Below are positions 28,253 to 36,307 of a DNA stretch of 64,000 bases, piece after piece. The notes under the pieces are model-generated. The model was given only the letters and a program-made list of their open reading frames with translations. It was not told the DNA's origin and made no database searches. Origin of the DNA: Dehalococcoidia bacterium (GTDB lineage: Bacteria; Chloroflexota; Dehalococcoidia; Lucifugimonadales; VXLM01); contig DAOUJF010000025.1 in assembly GCA_034423035.1 (NCBI GenBank), positions 349-64,348 of the forward strand. Direction: 5' to 3'. Each line of letters begins with the position of its first letter. Position 1 is the stretch's first letter. A program made the translations under genes and the position numbers.

Positions 28253-28278
28253 GGATCCCCGTTTGGCGACGGAGATCC
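28253..28278 (+). other. Hairpin GGATCCCCGT-ttggcg-ACGGAGATCC directly after the CCA end
   Basis: 10-bp stem with one mismatch, read directly. There is no U-tract, so terminator function is uncertain. Confidence 0.35.
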
Positions 28279-28723
28279 CAAGAGCGCCTACAGTTGAACA
28301 TAATCATGAGAATTCTGCAACTCTCATGTCTTGGTGATTGTATTATAGAAGTTCAGAACACTTGTGTGCAAGGACTTTTGAGTATTCATTAATGGCATTA
28401 TTCCCTTGACGAACAGCCAACGTCTTCGTCTGTTTCCACTCGTCACAAAACACCCGAATGTCTAGGTCTTGACCCGCCGCCTTCAGCTACTCCCTCAGCC
28501 AGTCACCAAACTACATGGCCCAGTCAGCTTACGTTACGGTCCTCATGGTAGTGGTGTTTCCCAATATCCCCTTGTTCTCAGGACTGATGAAGATCGCGCT
28601 TCGTGGGACATTTCGGGACTCTTCCTAGTGTACAGCCATCGAGAGCGAAGAAGTCAGCTTCGATCCGGATAGAGAGTTACCTGAAGCTGAGCAGGTGTGG
28701 CCCACCGGCCAGGCCCCCTTTTT

Positions 28724-28753
28724 CTGTAACATTTTGTAACATTCTGTAACTTC
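28724..28753. repeat. Three tandem 10-bp repeats (c/t)TGTAAC(a/t)T(t/c)
   Basis: ctgtaacatt ttgtaacatt ctgtaacttc has exact 10-bp phasing. It follows a GC-rich hairpin region and a T5 run. Confidence 0.7.
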
Positions 28754-28778
28754 TCGGCGAATCTTCGTATCTGAGATG

Positions 28779-28797
28779 CGGGGGTCTCCCCCGTTTG
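28779..28797 (+). terminator. Possible intrinsic terminator CGGGGG-tct-CCCCCG-TTTG
   Basis: 6-bp GC stem, 3-nt loop, short T run. No annotated gene lies upstream on this strand. Confidence 0.3.
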
Positions 28798-28984
28798 ATC
28801 CCTCCTCGCACCGCCTCGGTACGAGAATGAGTCCTGTTGTTCCGTCCTATCCTATTCACGCAGGGCTTTGCACTACGCATACGTACTGCAAGACTCATAA
28901 TAGATTATGTGTTCTTATTCGTCAAGTCCGGTTCATGATGAGTGAGTGATCGGAGTTGGTGAGGAGAACATCCCTCTCCCCTAT

Positions 28985-29011
28985 GGATACCCGCTCTCGC
29001 GGGTATGACGG
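28985..29011. repeat. Family B-type hairpin, copy B5 (GGATACCCGCtctcGCGGGTATgacgg)
   Basis: Same architecture and trailing GACGG as the other family B hairpins. Confidence 0.6.
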
Positions 29012-29105
29012 TGGCTGTGTGCGTTAGGCGTTCTCACGGAGTCTGAACAGTTACTCATAGTGAACTTGGGGGAAGAGGCGATGAGAAGGGGCGGTACCGG
29101 CCCTT

Positions 29106-30008
29106 CTACATTGAAATCAGATCCCGAACCATCTCGACGGCTCGCTCGACATCGACGCCGACCGCAACCCGCACTGTTCCATCTCCGTAGTCCGCAACGG
29201 TCCGTCCGCGCTCTTCGCCTTCGTTTACCACCGACACCTTCGCCGCGCGATACGAAAGGACGTCCGGCTCGATTGCCGCCGCAACGGCCAGCGGATCGTG
29301 CAGGTGGAACTCATCCGTCACGTCAAGCTCCTGGAATCGGTTCGTGAGAATTCGATTGCCCAGTTGGGCCTGCTTGGAGGAGCCCTCGAACCAGTGCGGG
29401 CCTCCGTCCCGGTGCATGAATGTCTCGTACGTGACGTCGAGACCAACCAGCGTGACGGGCACTCCCGACTCGAAGACGGCGTTGGCGGCCCAGGGGTCCT
29501 CATGGATGTTGAACTCGGCGTGAGGCGTGATGTTCCCCGCAACTCCGACGGCGCCGCCCATCACGATTATCTCCGGTATCGCGTCCGCAATATCCGGGCG
29601 ATTGTCCAGCACGGCTGCGACGTTGGTGAGCGGGCCGATCGCAAGGATTGAGAGTTCGCCCGGAGACGCGGAGATGCGGTCGCGCAGGAAATCCACCGCG
29701 TCCTCGCGAACCGGCTCCAGCGTCGAGCCGGGCAGGCTGACGCCGAGTCCGTCGGAACCGTGAAAGTGGTACGCATGGGTGTACGATCCATGAAGCGGCC
29801 TGTCAGCGCCGACCGCGATGGGCATGGCGCTGCTTGGCCCTTCGAGATACTCCATCAGCCTGAGAGCGTTGTCGGTCGTCTGTGCGAGCGTCGCGTTTCC
29901 GCCGACAGTCGTGATGCCCTCTACGGACAGGTCAGGGGAGTTCAGCGCCATCATGATCGCCAGGACGTCGTCCGTCCCGGGATCGGTGTCGATAATGACT
30001 CGTCGCAT
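29106..30008 (-). CDS. Nucleoside hydrolase (inosine/uridine-preferring family)
   Basis: MRRVIIDTDPGTDDVLAIMMAL is the DxDxxxDD nucleoside hydrolase fingerprint. Start set at this Met. Confidence 0.9.
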   Translation of the reverse strand: MRRVIIDTDPGTDDVLAIMMALNSPDLSVEGITTVGGNATLAQTTDNALRLMEYLEGPSSAMPIAVGADRPLHGSYTHAYHFHGSDGLGVSLPGSTLEPVREDAVDFLRDRISASPGELSILAIGPLTNVAAVLDNRPDIADAIPEIIVMGGAVGVAGNITPHAEFNIHEDPWAANAVFESGVPVTLVGLDVTYETFMHRDGGPHWFEGSSKQAQLGNRILTNRFQELDVTDEFHLHDPLAVAAAIEPDVLSYRAAKVSVVNEGEERGRTVADYGDGTVRVAVGVDVERAVEMVRDLISM

Positions 30009-30122
30009 AGTTTTGTCTCTCGATACGGAGAAGTGAGTGTCACATAGTACCCTACGTTCTTTGTGTCGCGCTTGTCGGGTGGATATAATGGCAGACATCC
30101 GAAGCCCGACGAGAGGGGCCTT

Positions 30123-30545
30123 ATGGCGACCATCCAAAGCCTTCAAAAGCGGTACCAGGACCTTGACCGGCAGTTTGAAATGAAGCCGGAGACGGTCATT
30201 GATCCCTCCTGTCTGCTGGCCTTCGACTATGACTACGCGGGCGGGGACAGCGTGGTCGTCATCGACATGGACGAGTTCACCGCCGTATGTCCATGGACGG
30301 GCCTGCCCGACTTCGGTTCGCTCGAAATCACCTACGTCCCCGGCGAGCTCTGCATCGAGCTGAAGTCGCTAAAGTACTATCTGCTCTCATACACCGGAGT
30401 CGGCATCGTCCAGGAACACGCGGCCAACCGCATCCTGCGCGATCTCGTCGAGGTGTGCCGTCCCGCCCGGATGTCCATCCTCCTCGATTACAATGTGCGA
30501 GGCGGTCTGCACACGACCGTCACGGCGAGGTACGAGGCGGACTAG
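30123..30545 (+). CDS. queF: NADPH-dependent 7-cyano-7-deazaguanine reductase (type I QueF)
   Basis: EFTAVCPWTGLPDFGSLEITY (catalytic Cys) and SLKYYLLSY..G..QEH QueF motifs. Confidence 0.88.
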   Translation: MATIQSLQKRYQDLDRQFEMKPETVIDPSCLLAFDYDYAGGDSVVVIDMDEFTAVCPWTGLPDFGSLEITYVPGELCIELKSLKYYLLSYTGVGIVQEHAANRILRDLVEVCRPARMSILLDYNVRGGLHTTVTARYEAD

Positions 30546-30564
30546 AGGGGGCGAGCATCGGGGT

Positions 30565-30631
30565 CCGTTCGTGGTGAGCCTGTCGAACCATGAATGACGT
30601 ATCGACCCTTCGACGGGCTCAGGGCGAACGG
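30565..30631. repeat. Family A palindromic repeat, copy A2
   Basis: CCGTTCGTGGTGAGCCTGTCGAACCATGA...CCCTTCGACGGGCTCAGGGCGAACGG, just after the queF stop. Confidence 0.85.
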
Positions 30632-30725
30632 ACTTCCCCACTGTGAGCAAAGCTGGGATGTCGGGATGTAACGGTCACGTCTGAGCGCTGCCTGATTTGA
30701 ATCCGTATCGCAGCCGAGTGAGGCT

Positions 30726-31247
30726 ATGGCGACTGAAACCGAAAACATGAAGCACCGCATCAGGGCGGCGGTCATCATTCTCGAAGGCGACTCAGTCCTT
30801 CTGGTGAGAGAACGCGATGCGAGTGACGAAGACGACATTTGGATACCTCCCGGCGGCGGAGTCGAGGGGTCAGAATCTCTGGAAGAGTGCGTCAAACGCG
30901 AAACGCTCGAGGAGACGGGCCTCTCGGTCGAGCTCGGCGATATAGCGTACGTCCGCGATTTCCTGGATGTCGGCTACCACCACTGCGAGATATTCTTTCT
31001 TGCCTCTTTCTATTCGGGCGACATTGTCATAGGTGAAAACCCGGAACTGGGAATCCTCGATTTCGCGAACGAGATCCTGGATGTGCGGTTCGTGCACCGC
31101 GACGAGATGCGGGAGATGGCGATCTCGCCGGACGTGCTCAAGACGACGTTCTGGGACGACCTGGCGGAGGGATTCCCACGGACGCGTTACCTCGGCGTGA
31201 GAAAGTCTCTCAATCTTCAACGGCTTGAAGGTCGAGGCGAAACGTGA
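30726..31247 (+). CDS. NUDIX hydrolase
   Basis: Nudix box GGGVEGSESLEECVKRETLEETGL. Confidence 0.88.
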   Translation: MATETENMKHRIRAAVIILEGDSVLLVRERDASDEDDIWIPPGGGVEGSESLEECVKRETLEETGLSVELGDIAYVRDFLDVGYHHCEIFFLASFYSGDIVIGENPELGILDFANEILDVRFVHRDEMREMAISPDVLKTTFWDDLAEGFPRTRYLGVRKSLNLQRLEGRGET

Positions 31248-31301
31248 GTCCTCCAACGGTGTGGTAGGATGTGGCCAGCCTCAGCGTGAGCGGAGGTCCA
31301 A

Positions 31302-32189
31302 ATGACGGCGACTCAGCCCGATCTCGATGCCGCCTACGATCTTTGCCGGCGGATCACGAAGGCCGAAGCGAAGAACTTCTACTACGCCTTCAGGACTCTC
31401 CCTGCCTTCAAGCGACGCGCCATCTATGCCGCCTACGCCTTCTGCCGCCTGTGCGACGACATATCCGACGATGTCATGTCACGAGAGGGGCGCATCGAAG
31501 GATTCAGGGGTGTCCGCGAATCACTTGCCCTGGCCCGCGAGAACGGCAGCGCCGAACCCGTGTTCGCTGCTCTCGGCGACTCGGCGATGCGGTTCGACAT
31601 ACCGTGGGAGCACTTCGACGAGATCGTGACGGGCGTCGAGATGGACCTCGATATCACGCGGTATGAGACCTTCGACGACCTACGCGAGTATTGCCACAAA
31701 GTCGCCTCGGTCGTCGGGTTGGTGAGCATTGAGATATTCGGCCACGACGATCACCCTGAGGTTGAGAAGTACGCCGTCGACCTCGGTCTTGCCATGCAGT
31801 TGACCAACATCCTCCGCGACATCAAGGAGGACGCCGAACGCGATCGCGTCTACCTCCCGCAAGACGAATTACGGCGCTTCGAATGCAGTGAGGACGATTT
31901 GACGAATGGCGTTGTAAACGAGCCGTTTCGTGAACTTATGCGTTTCCAGGTCCGGCGCGCTCGTGAGTTCTTCGAATCCGGCAGGAACCTCATCCCCCTG
32001 CTTGAGCCGGACGCGCGGGCTTGCACTGCCGTCCTCATAGGGGTGTATGCGTCGATTCTCGACCGGATCGAGGCCTCAGACTACGACGTTTTCTCACAGA
32101 GGGTGAGCTTGAGCACCGGGCAGAAGCTGATGACCATGGCAAAGCTGTGGACGATGAGCCGCGTGCCGGGTCTTCGAGGGCTGATGTAG
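31302..32189 (+). CDS. Squalene/phytoene synthase-family prenyl transferase
   Basis: NFYYAFRTLP and two Asp-rich motifs, CDDISD and NILRDIKEDAERDRVYLP. The CrtB versus HpnD-type assignment is not resolvable here. Confidence 0.85.
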   Translation: MTATQPDLDAAYDLCRRITKAEAKNFYYAFRTLPAFKRRAIYAAYAFCRLCDDISDDVMSREGRIEGFRGVRESLALARENGSAEPVFAALGDSAMRFDIPWEHFDEIVTGVEMDLDITRYETFDDLREYCHKVASVVGLVSIEIFGHDDHPEVEKYAVDLGLAMQLTNILRDIKEDAERDRVYLPQDELRRFECSEDDLTNGVVNEPFRELMRFQVRRAREFFESGRNLIPLLEPDARACTAVLIGVYASILDRIEASDYDVFSQRVSLSTGQKLMTMAKLWTMSRVPGLRGLM

Positions 32190-32204
32190 TCTGCGCGGTC
32201 GTCC

Positions 32205-33614
32205 TTACCTGGACAGCCTGAGAACGAACACGTCGCTGTCGATCTCGTTGCCCTTGCCCGCGCCGCCAGGGCCAATCTCGCCCTCGGTGCCGCCGATCAC
32301 GTAGACGCCGCCGGAACCCTCGGCGATATCACGAGCCCCGTCGATGCGCCGTGTCCCCACCGCTCTTGTCCACCGGTCGCCGCCACTGGCATCAAAGCTC
32401 TTGGCGAAACCGTCCTCCTGGCCCTCGCCGCCCGCTCCCGGAATGGAAGACTCCGTGTTGCCCGCCACGAACACCGTGCCTCCACTGTCGACCGCTATGG
32501 CGTCGGCGGTGTCATCGTCCTCGCCGCCGAACTGTCGAGTCCAAGAATGCTGGCCGGTCGGGTCCATCTTGCGCGCAAACCCGTCGTTGCCGCCTCCGCT
32601 TTGCTCGCCATCGAAGGCTCCTGTCGTGCTTCCCGCAACATAGATGTTGCCGCTGGAGTCCAGCGCGATATCCAGCGCCTTGTCGTTCGGCTGACCGCCC
32701 GCCGCAGAGCCGCTGCCGAACTGAGTCGTCCAAACGACGTTGCCTGCCGGGTCGTACTTCCTGACGAAGGCGTCACGCCCGCCGGGGTTGAGGAATCCCT
32801 CAAAGGCCCCATCGGTGTATCCGGCCACATATATCGAGCCTGAGCCATCGACTGTGATTCCGAGAATCTCGTCGTGGCGCTCGTGGCCGAACTGCTGCGT
32901 CCATATCTCTGTCCCGTCGGCCCCGTACTTCCTCAGGAATGCGTCATTCCAGTCCGTGACCGGTCCCAGCGGCGCGCCTCCGGCGTTCTCGAACCCCGGA
33001 AGACTGCCCTCCGTGTGGCCCCCAACGTACACGTTGCCGGACCCGTCCACGGCAATGGACTGTGCGATGGTGCCCAGCTGCGTCCCGAACTGCGTCGTCC
33101 AGCGCTCCGTGCCGTCGGCATCGTATACCCTCACGAAAGCGTCGCTGCCGAAATACTCCGTCGTGTACCCGCTGAACTCACCGATCGTGCTTCCCGCGAG
33201 GTAGACGTTCCCCTCGCCGTCGACCGCTGCGGTCACCACGTTGTCGTTGTCCTCCGTGCCGAACTGCCGTGTCCAGATCTCTGCGAGCGACCCATCCAGC
33301 TTCTGCAGAAAGGCATCCTTCCCTCCAAGATAGTCCTGTCCCGGGAGAGCGTCTTCGATGTGACCGGCAATGTAGACGTTTCCGGAAGCGTCCACCGCCA
33401 CCGCGTTGCCGTAGTCGTCGAACGGTGACCGGATCTGCAGGTTGTCTCCGCCGCCCGAGGGAGCCGCCTCGCCTGTCGTATCCGACCCGCCTTCGCCACT
33501 TCCTCCGCCGTCGCCGCCATCACTCCCACAGGCGAATGTCTGAGCGACCAAGGTGACGAAAATAACCATGGCCAGGATAGATTTAGCAGGGTGCCCTGAA
33601 CTGAGGAACCTCAA
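32205..33614 (-). CDS. Secreted lipoprotein with SBBP-type beta-propeller repeats
   Basis: Signal peptide with lipobox TFAC. About ten repeats of the pattern D.SGNVY(V/I)AG.T.G...G....G..DAF..K. Confidence 0.8.
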   Translation of the reverse strand: MRFLSSGHPAKSILAMVIFVTLVAQTFACGSDGGDGGGSGEGGSDTTGEAAPSGGGDNLQIRSPFDDYGNAVAVDASGNVYIAGHIEDALPGQDYLGGKDAFLQKLDGSLAEIWTRQFGTEDNDNVVTAAVDGEGNVYLAGSTIGEFSGYTTEYFGSDAFVRVYDADGTERWTTQFGTQLGTIAQSIAVDGSGNVYVGGHTEGSLPGFENAGGAPLGPVTDWNDAFLRKYGADGTEIWTQQFGHERHDEILGITVDGSGSIYVAGYTDGAFEGFLNPGGRDAFVRKYDPAGNVVWTTQFGSGSAAGGQPNDKALDIALDSSGNIYVAGSTTGAFDGEQSGGGNDGFARKMDPTGQHSWTRQFGGEDDDTADAIAVDSGGTVFVAGNTESSIPGAGGEGQEDGFAKSFDASGGDRWTRAVGTRRIDGARDIAEGSGGVYVIGGTEGEIGPGGAGKGNEIDSDVFVLRLSR

Positions 33615-33930
33615 TGGTCTCTCCCTTGTTCATATCCGACGATTCCAAAGGCATGGTAGCCCTGCGGTTGTCGGCGGTCAAGGTTCTGGGCGCAAGAGAA
33701 AGGGGTGCGTAGCACAGTCTTGTAGGTTACCTCGACAGGGACGTCTGGGCGGGAGATGCCAGACCAAGACCGATCCAACGTTCCTGGTGTGCTGGGAATT
33801 CGACGACGGGGTCAAATGGCGCTGTAGGTCATGGTGAGATTCCGTGTTTAATCGTTGACAGAATTCGTAGCGCAACGGTACCGTTTAAACGATACCAACA
33901 TTACCTACGTACAAGGAATTGCACACGCGA

Positions 33931-34371
33931 ATGGACCAGCTAGACACTAAGATTATCGACATTCTGCAAAATGACGGAAGGACATCGAACGCGCGGGTTG
34001 CCAGGCAGGTTGGCGTAAGCGAAGGCACCGTCCGGAGACGGCTCAACAGACTTATCGAAGGAGACTTCATCGAAGTCGTAGCAGTCCCTGATCCGGTGAA
34101 AATGGGCCTCGCGTCCAGGGCGTTGATCGGCGTTCAGATCGATCCTGACCAGATCGACCGCGTGGCCGATGACCTCATCGCGCTCAAGGAGATCGGTTGG
34201 GTGACGATTACAACCGGCACCTTCGACGTGTTCGCCTGGGCCGCCCTTCCCACTCCCGAAGAGCTCGGCGTGTTCCTGCGCACCAAGGTCGGCACGATCC
34301 CCGGCGTTCGGCGCACGGAGACATTCGTCAATCTGAGCAATAAGAAGCGGGGTAACGGCGTCGTGGCATAG
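33931..34371 (+). CDS. Lrp/AsnC-family transcriptional regulator
   Basis: MDQLDTKIIDILQNDGRTSNARVARQVGVSEGTVRRRLNRL HTH plus a C-terminal RAM-like domain. Confidence 0.9.
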   Translation: MDQLDTKIIDILQNDGRTSNARVARQVGVSEGTVRRRLNRLIEGDFIEVVAVPDPVKMGLASRALIGVQIDPDQIDRVADDLIALKEIGWVTITTGTFDVFAWAALPTPEELGVFLRTKVGTIPGVRRTETFVNLSNKKRGNGVVA

Positions 34372-34395
34372 CCCACTACACGACACTGAACTAAC

Positions 34396-34435
34396 AGCCC
34401 CGCCCCGATGACCATCGGGGCGGGGCTTTCTTTTG
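34396..34435 (+). terminator. Rho-independent terminator after the lrp-like gene
   Basis: AGCCCCGCCCCGAT(g acc)ATCGGGGCGGGGCT: a 14-bp perfect stem followed by TTCTTTTG. Confidence 0.85.
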
Positions 34436-34500
34436 TAAGCGCTGTACGAGCATACCGGCTTCAACTATAATTCTTGGCCGGTGACGGAAAGGAGCGGAAC

Positions 34501-36291
34501 GTGTTCAAGACCATCGACTGCGGAGAGCTGCGAAGTAAGCAAGAGGGACAGGAGGTTACGCTTGCGGGATGGGTAGACCGGCGTAGAGATCACGGGAACC
34601 TGATCTTCATCGATCTGCGCGACCGTTCAGGCATCGTTCAGGCAGTCTTCAATCCCGACCTTCACCCGGAGCCGCACGACCTCGCGGGACAGGTTCGCAG
34701 CGAGTGGGTGATTCAGGTATCGGGCCGCGTGACTCGCCGTTCGGACGAGACGATCAACCCCAACCTTCCCACGGGCGAGATCGAGGTCGCGGTCGAGAGC
34801 ATGGCGGTCTTGAACGAGTCCAAGACACCCCCGTTCTACGTCAACGAGGAGAGCGAGGTCGACGAGCTGCTGAGAATGCGCTATCGCTACCTCGACCTGA
34901 GGCGTCCGCGCATGCGCGACATGCTGGTGCTCCGCCATCAGGCGGTTAAGTTCATTCGCGACTTCCTCAGCGATCGCGGCTTCCTCGACATCGAGACGCC
35001 GATTCTCATCAAGAGCACGCCCGAAGGCGCGAGGGACTATCTCGTTCCCAGCCGCCTCTATCCCGGCAAGTTCTACGCCCTTCCGCAGTCGCCGCAGCAG
35101 CTCAAGCAGCTTCTCATGGCGGCGGGTGTGGAAAAGTACTTCCAGATAGCCAAGTGCTTCCGCGACGAGGACCCACGAGGCGACAGGCAGCCGGAGTTCA
35201 CGCAGCTTGACCTCGAAATGAGCTTCGTGGACCAGGACGACATCCTCGATCTCATCGAGGAGCTCTACACCAACATGTTCGAGACGCTCGTCCCCGATAG
35301 GCAAATCCTGCAGAAGCCGTTTCCACGCATTCCCTACGCCGAGGCCATGGCCCGCTACGCCTCCGACCGACCGGATATTCGCTACGGACTCGAAATGTCC
35401 GACCTGGGAGAGACGGTCAAGGACACCGACTTCCGCGTGTTCCAGTCCGTTCTCGCCGGAGGAGGCATCGTGAAAGGGTTCGCGGCCCCCGGACTGGCCG
35501 ACATGCCGCGTCGACAGCTGGACGACCTTGTGGAGTTCGCCAAGCGAAGCGGAGCGCAGGGACTCGTCTACATCGTCTTCAGCGCCGACGCGCCCTCAAT
35601 CGACGACCTTGCCGAGGAGCACATCAAGTCGCCCGTCGCCAAATTCCTCTCGCTCGATGTCGTGAAGGAAATGGCGCGACAGACCGGGGCGAATCCCGGA
35701 GACCTTCTCCTCATAATCGCCGGTCCCGCCAAGTCGACGAACGTCGCCCTCGACGCACTGCGGCGTGAGATTGCACGACGCCTCGAACTCGCGGACCAGA
35801 ACGTGCTGGCATTCGCCTTCGTCGTGGACTTCCCGCTCTTCGATTGGAACGAAGACGAGGGTAGGTGGGACTCGCCCCACCACCCATTCACGGCGCCGAA
35901 GGCCGGGTACGAGGACTTCGAGACCGACCCCGGCGGGGCCCTCTCCCGTTCCTACGACCTCGTCTGCAACGGGATGGAGGCGGCGGGCGGCAGCATCCGA
36001 ATCCATCAGCGGGACGTGCAAAACAAGGTCTTCAAACTTCTCGGCTACAGCGAGGAGGACACGGATGCGCGGTTCAGGCAGCTGCTCGACGCCTTCGAGT
36101 ACGGCACGCCCCCGCACGGTGGCATCGCGGCCGGCATCGAGAGGCTCATCATGCTTCTGCTGAACGTCGACAGCATCCGCGAAGTCATCGCCTTCCCCAA
36201 GACTCAGACCGGAGTCGACCCCCTATTCGAGGCCCCCGACGCCGTCGACGACGACCAACTGCGAGACCTCCGCATCATGCTCACGGAGTGA
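34501..36291 (+). CDS. aspS: Aspartate--tRNA ligase
   Basis: OB-fold N-terminus VTLAGWVDRRRDHGNLIFIDLRD, class II motifs FRDED.R.DRQPEFTQLD and GGSIRIH..GTPPHGG.A.G.ERL. AAGGAG RBS before GTG 34501. Confidence 0.95.
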   Translation: MFKTIDCGELRSKQEGQEVTLAGWVDRRRDHGNLIFIDLRDRSGIVQAVFNPDLHPEPHDLAGQVRSEWVIQVSGRVTRRSDETINPNLPTGEIEVAVESMAVLNESKTPPFYVNEESEVDELLRMRYRYLDLRRPRMRDMLVLRHQAVKFIRDFLSDRGFLDIETPILIKSTPEGARDYLVPSRLYPGKFYALPQSPQQLKQLLMAAGVEKYFQIAKCFRDEDPRGDRQPEFTQLDLEMSFVDQDDILDLIEELYTNMFETLVPDRQILQKPFPRIPYAEAMARYASDRPDIRYGLEMSDLGETVKDTDFRVFQSVLAGGGIVKGFAAPGLADMPRRQLDDLVEFAKRSGAQGLVYIVFSADAPSIDDLAEEHIKSPVAKFLSLDVVKEMARQTGANPGDLLLIIAGPAKSTNVALDALRREIARRLELADQNVLAFAFVVDFPLFDWNEDEGRWDSPHHPFTAPKAGYEDFETDPGGALSRSYDLVCNGMEAAGGSIRIHQRDVQNKVFKLLGYSEEDTDARFRQLLDAFEYGTPPHGGIAAGIERLIMLLLNVDSIREVIAFPKTQTGVDPLFEAPDAVDDDQLRDLRIMLTE

Positions 36292-36307
36292 GTTAGGACA
36301 CCACAGG

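Noticed and set aside
28068-28253. 61-aa ORF (also 28469..28672 and 28677..28898) as protein genes in the AT-rich island
   Set aside because: They have non-ATG or weak starts, no RBS and no motifs. One begins inside the -35 box and runs through the tRNA-like element.
28257-28800. CCCCGTTTG 9-mer present after the tRNA-like CCA (28257) and in the 28788 hairpin, considered as att core repeats
   Set aside because: A 9-nt match within about 1 kb is expected by chance at roughly this frequency, and there is no supporting flanking similarity.
30009-30122. preQ1 riboswitch upstream of queF
   Set aside because: I could not recognise the short preQ1 aptamer hairpin with its A-rich tail. Only a TATAAT-like box (30084-30089) is visible. 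A covariance-model scan would be needed.
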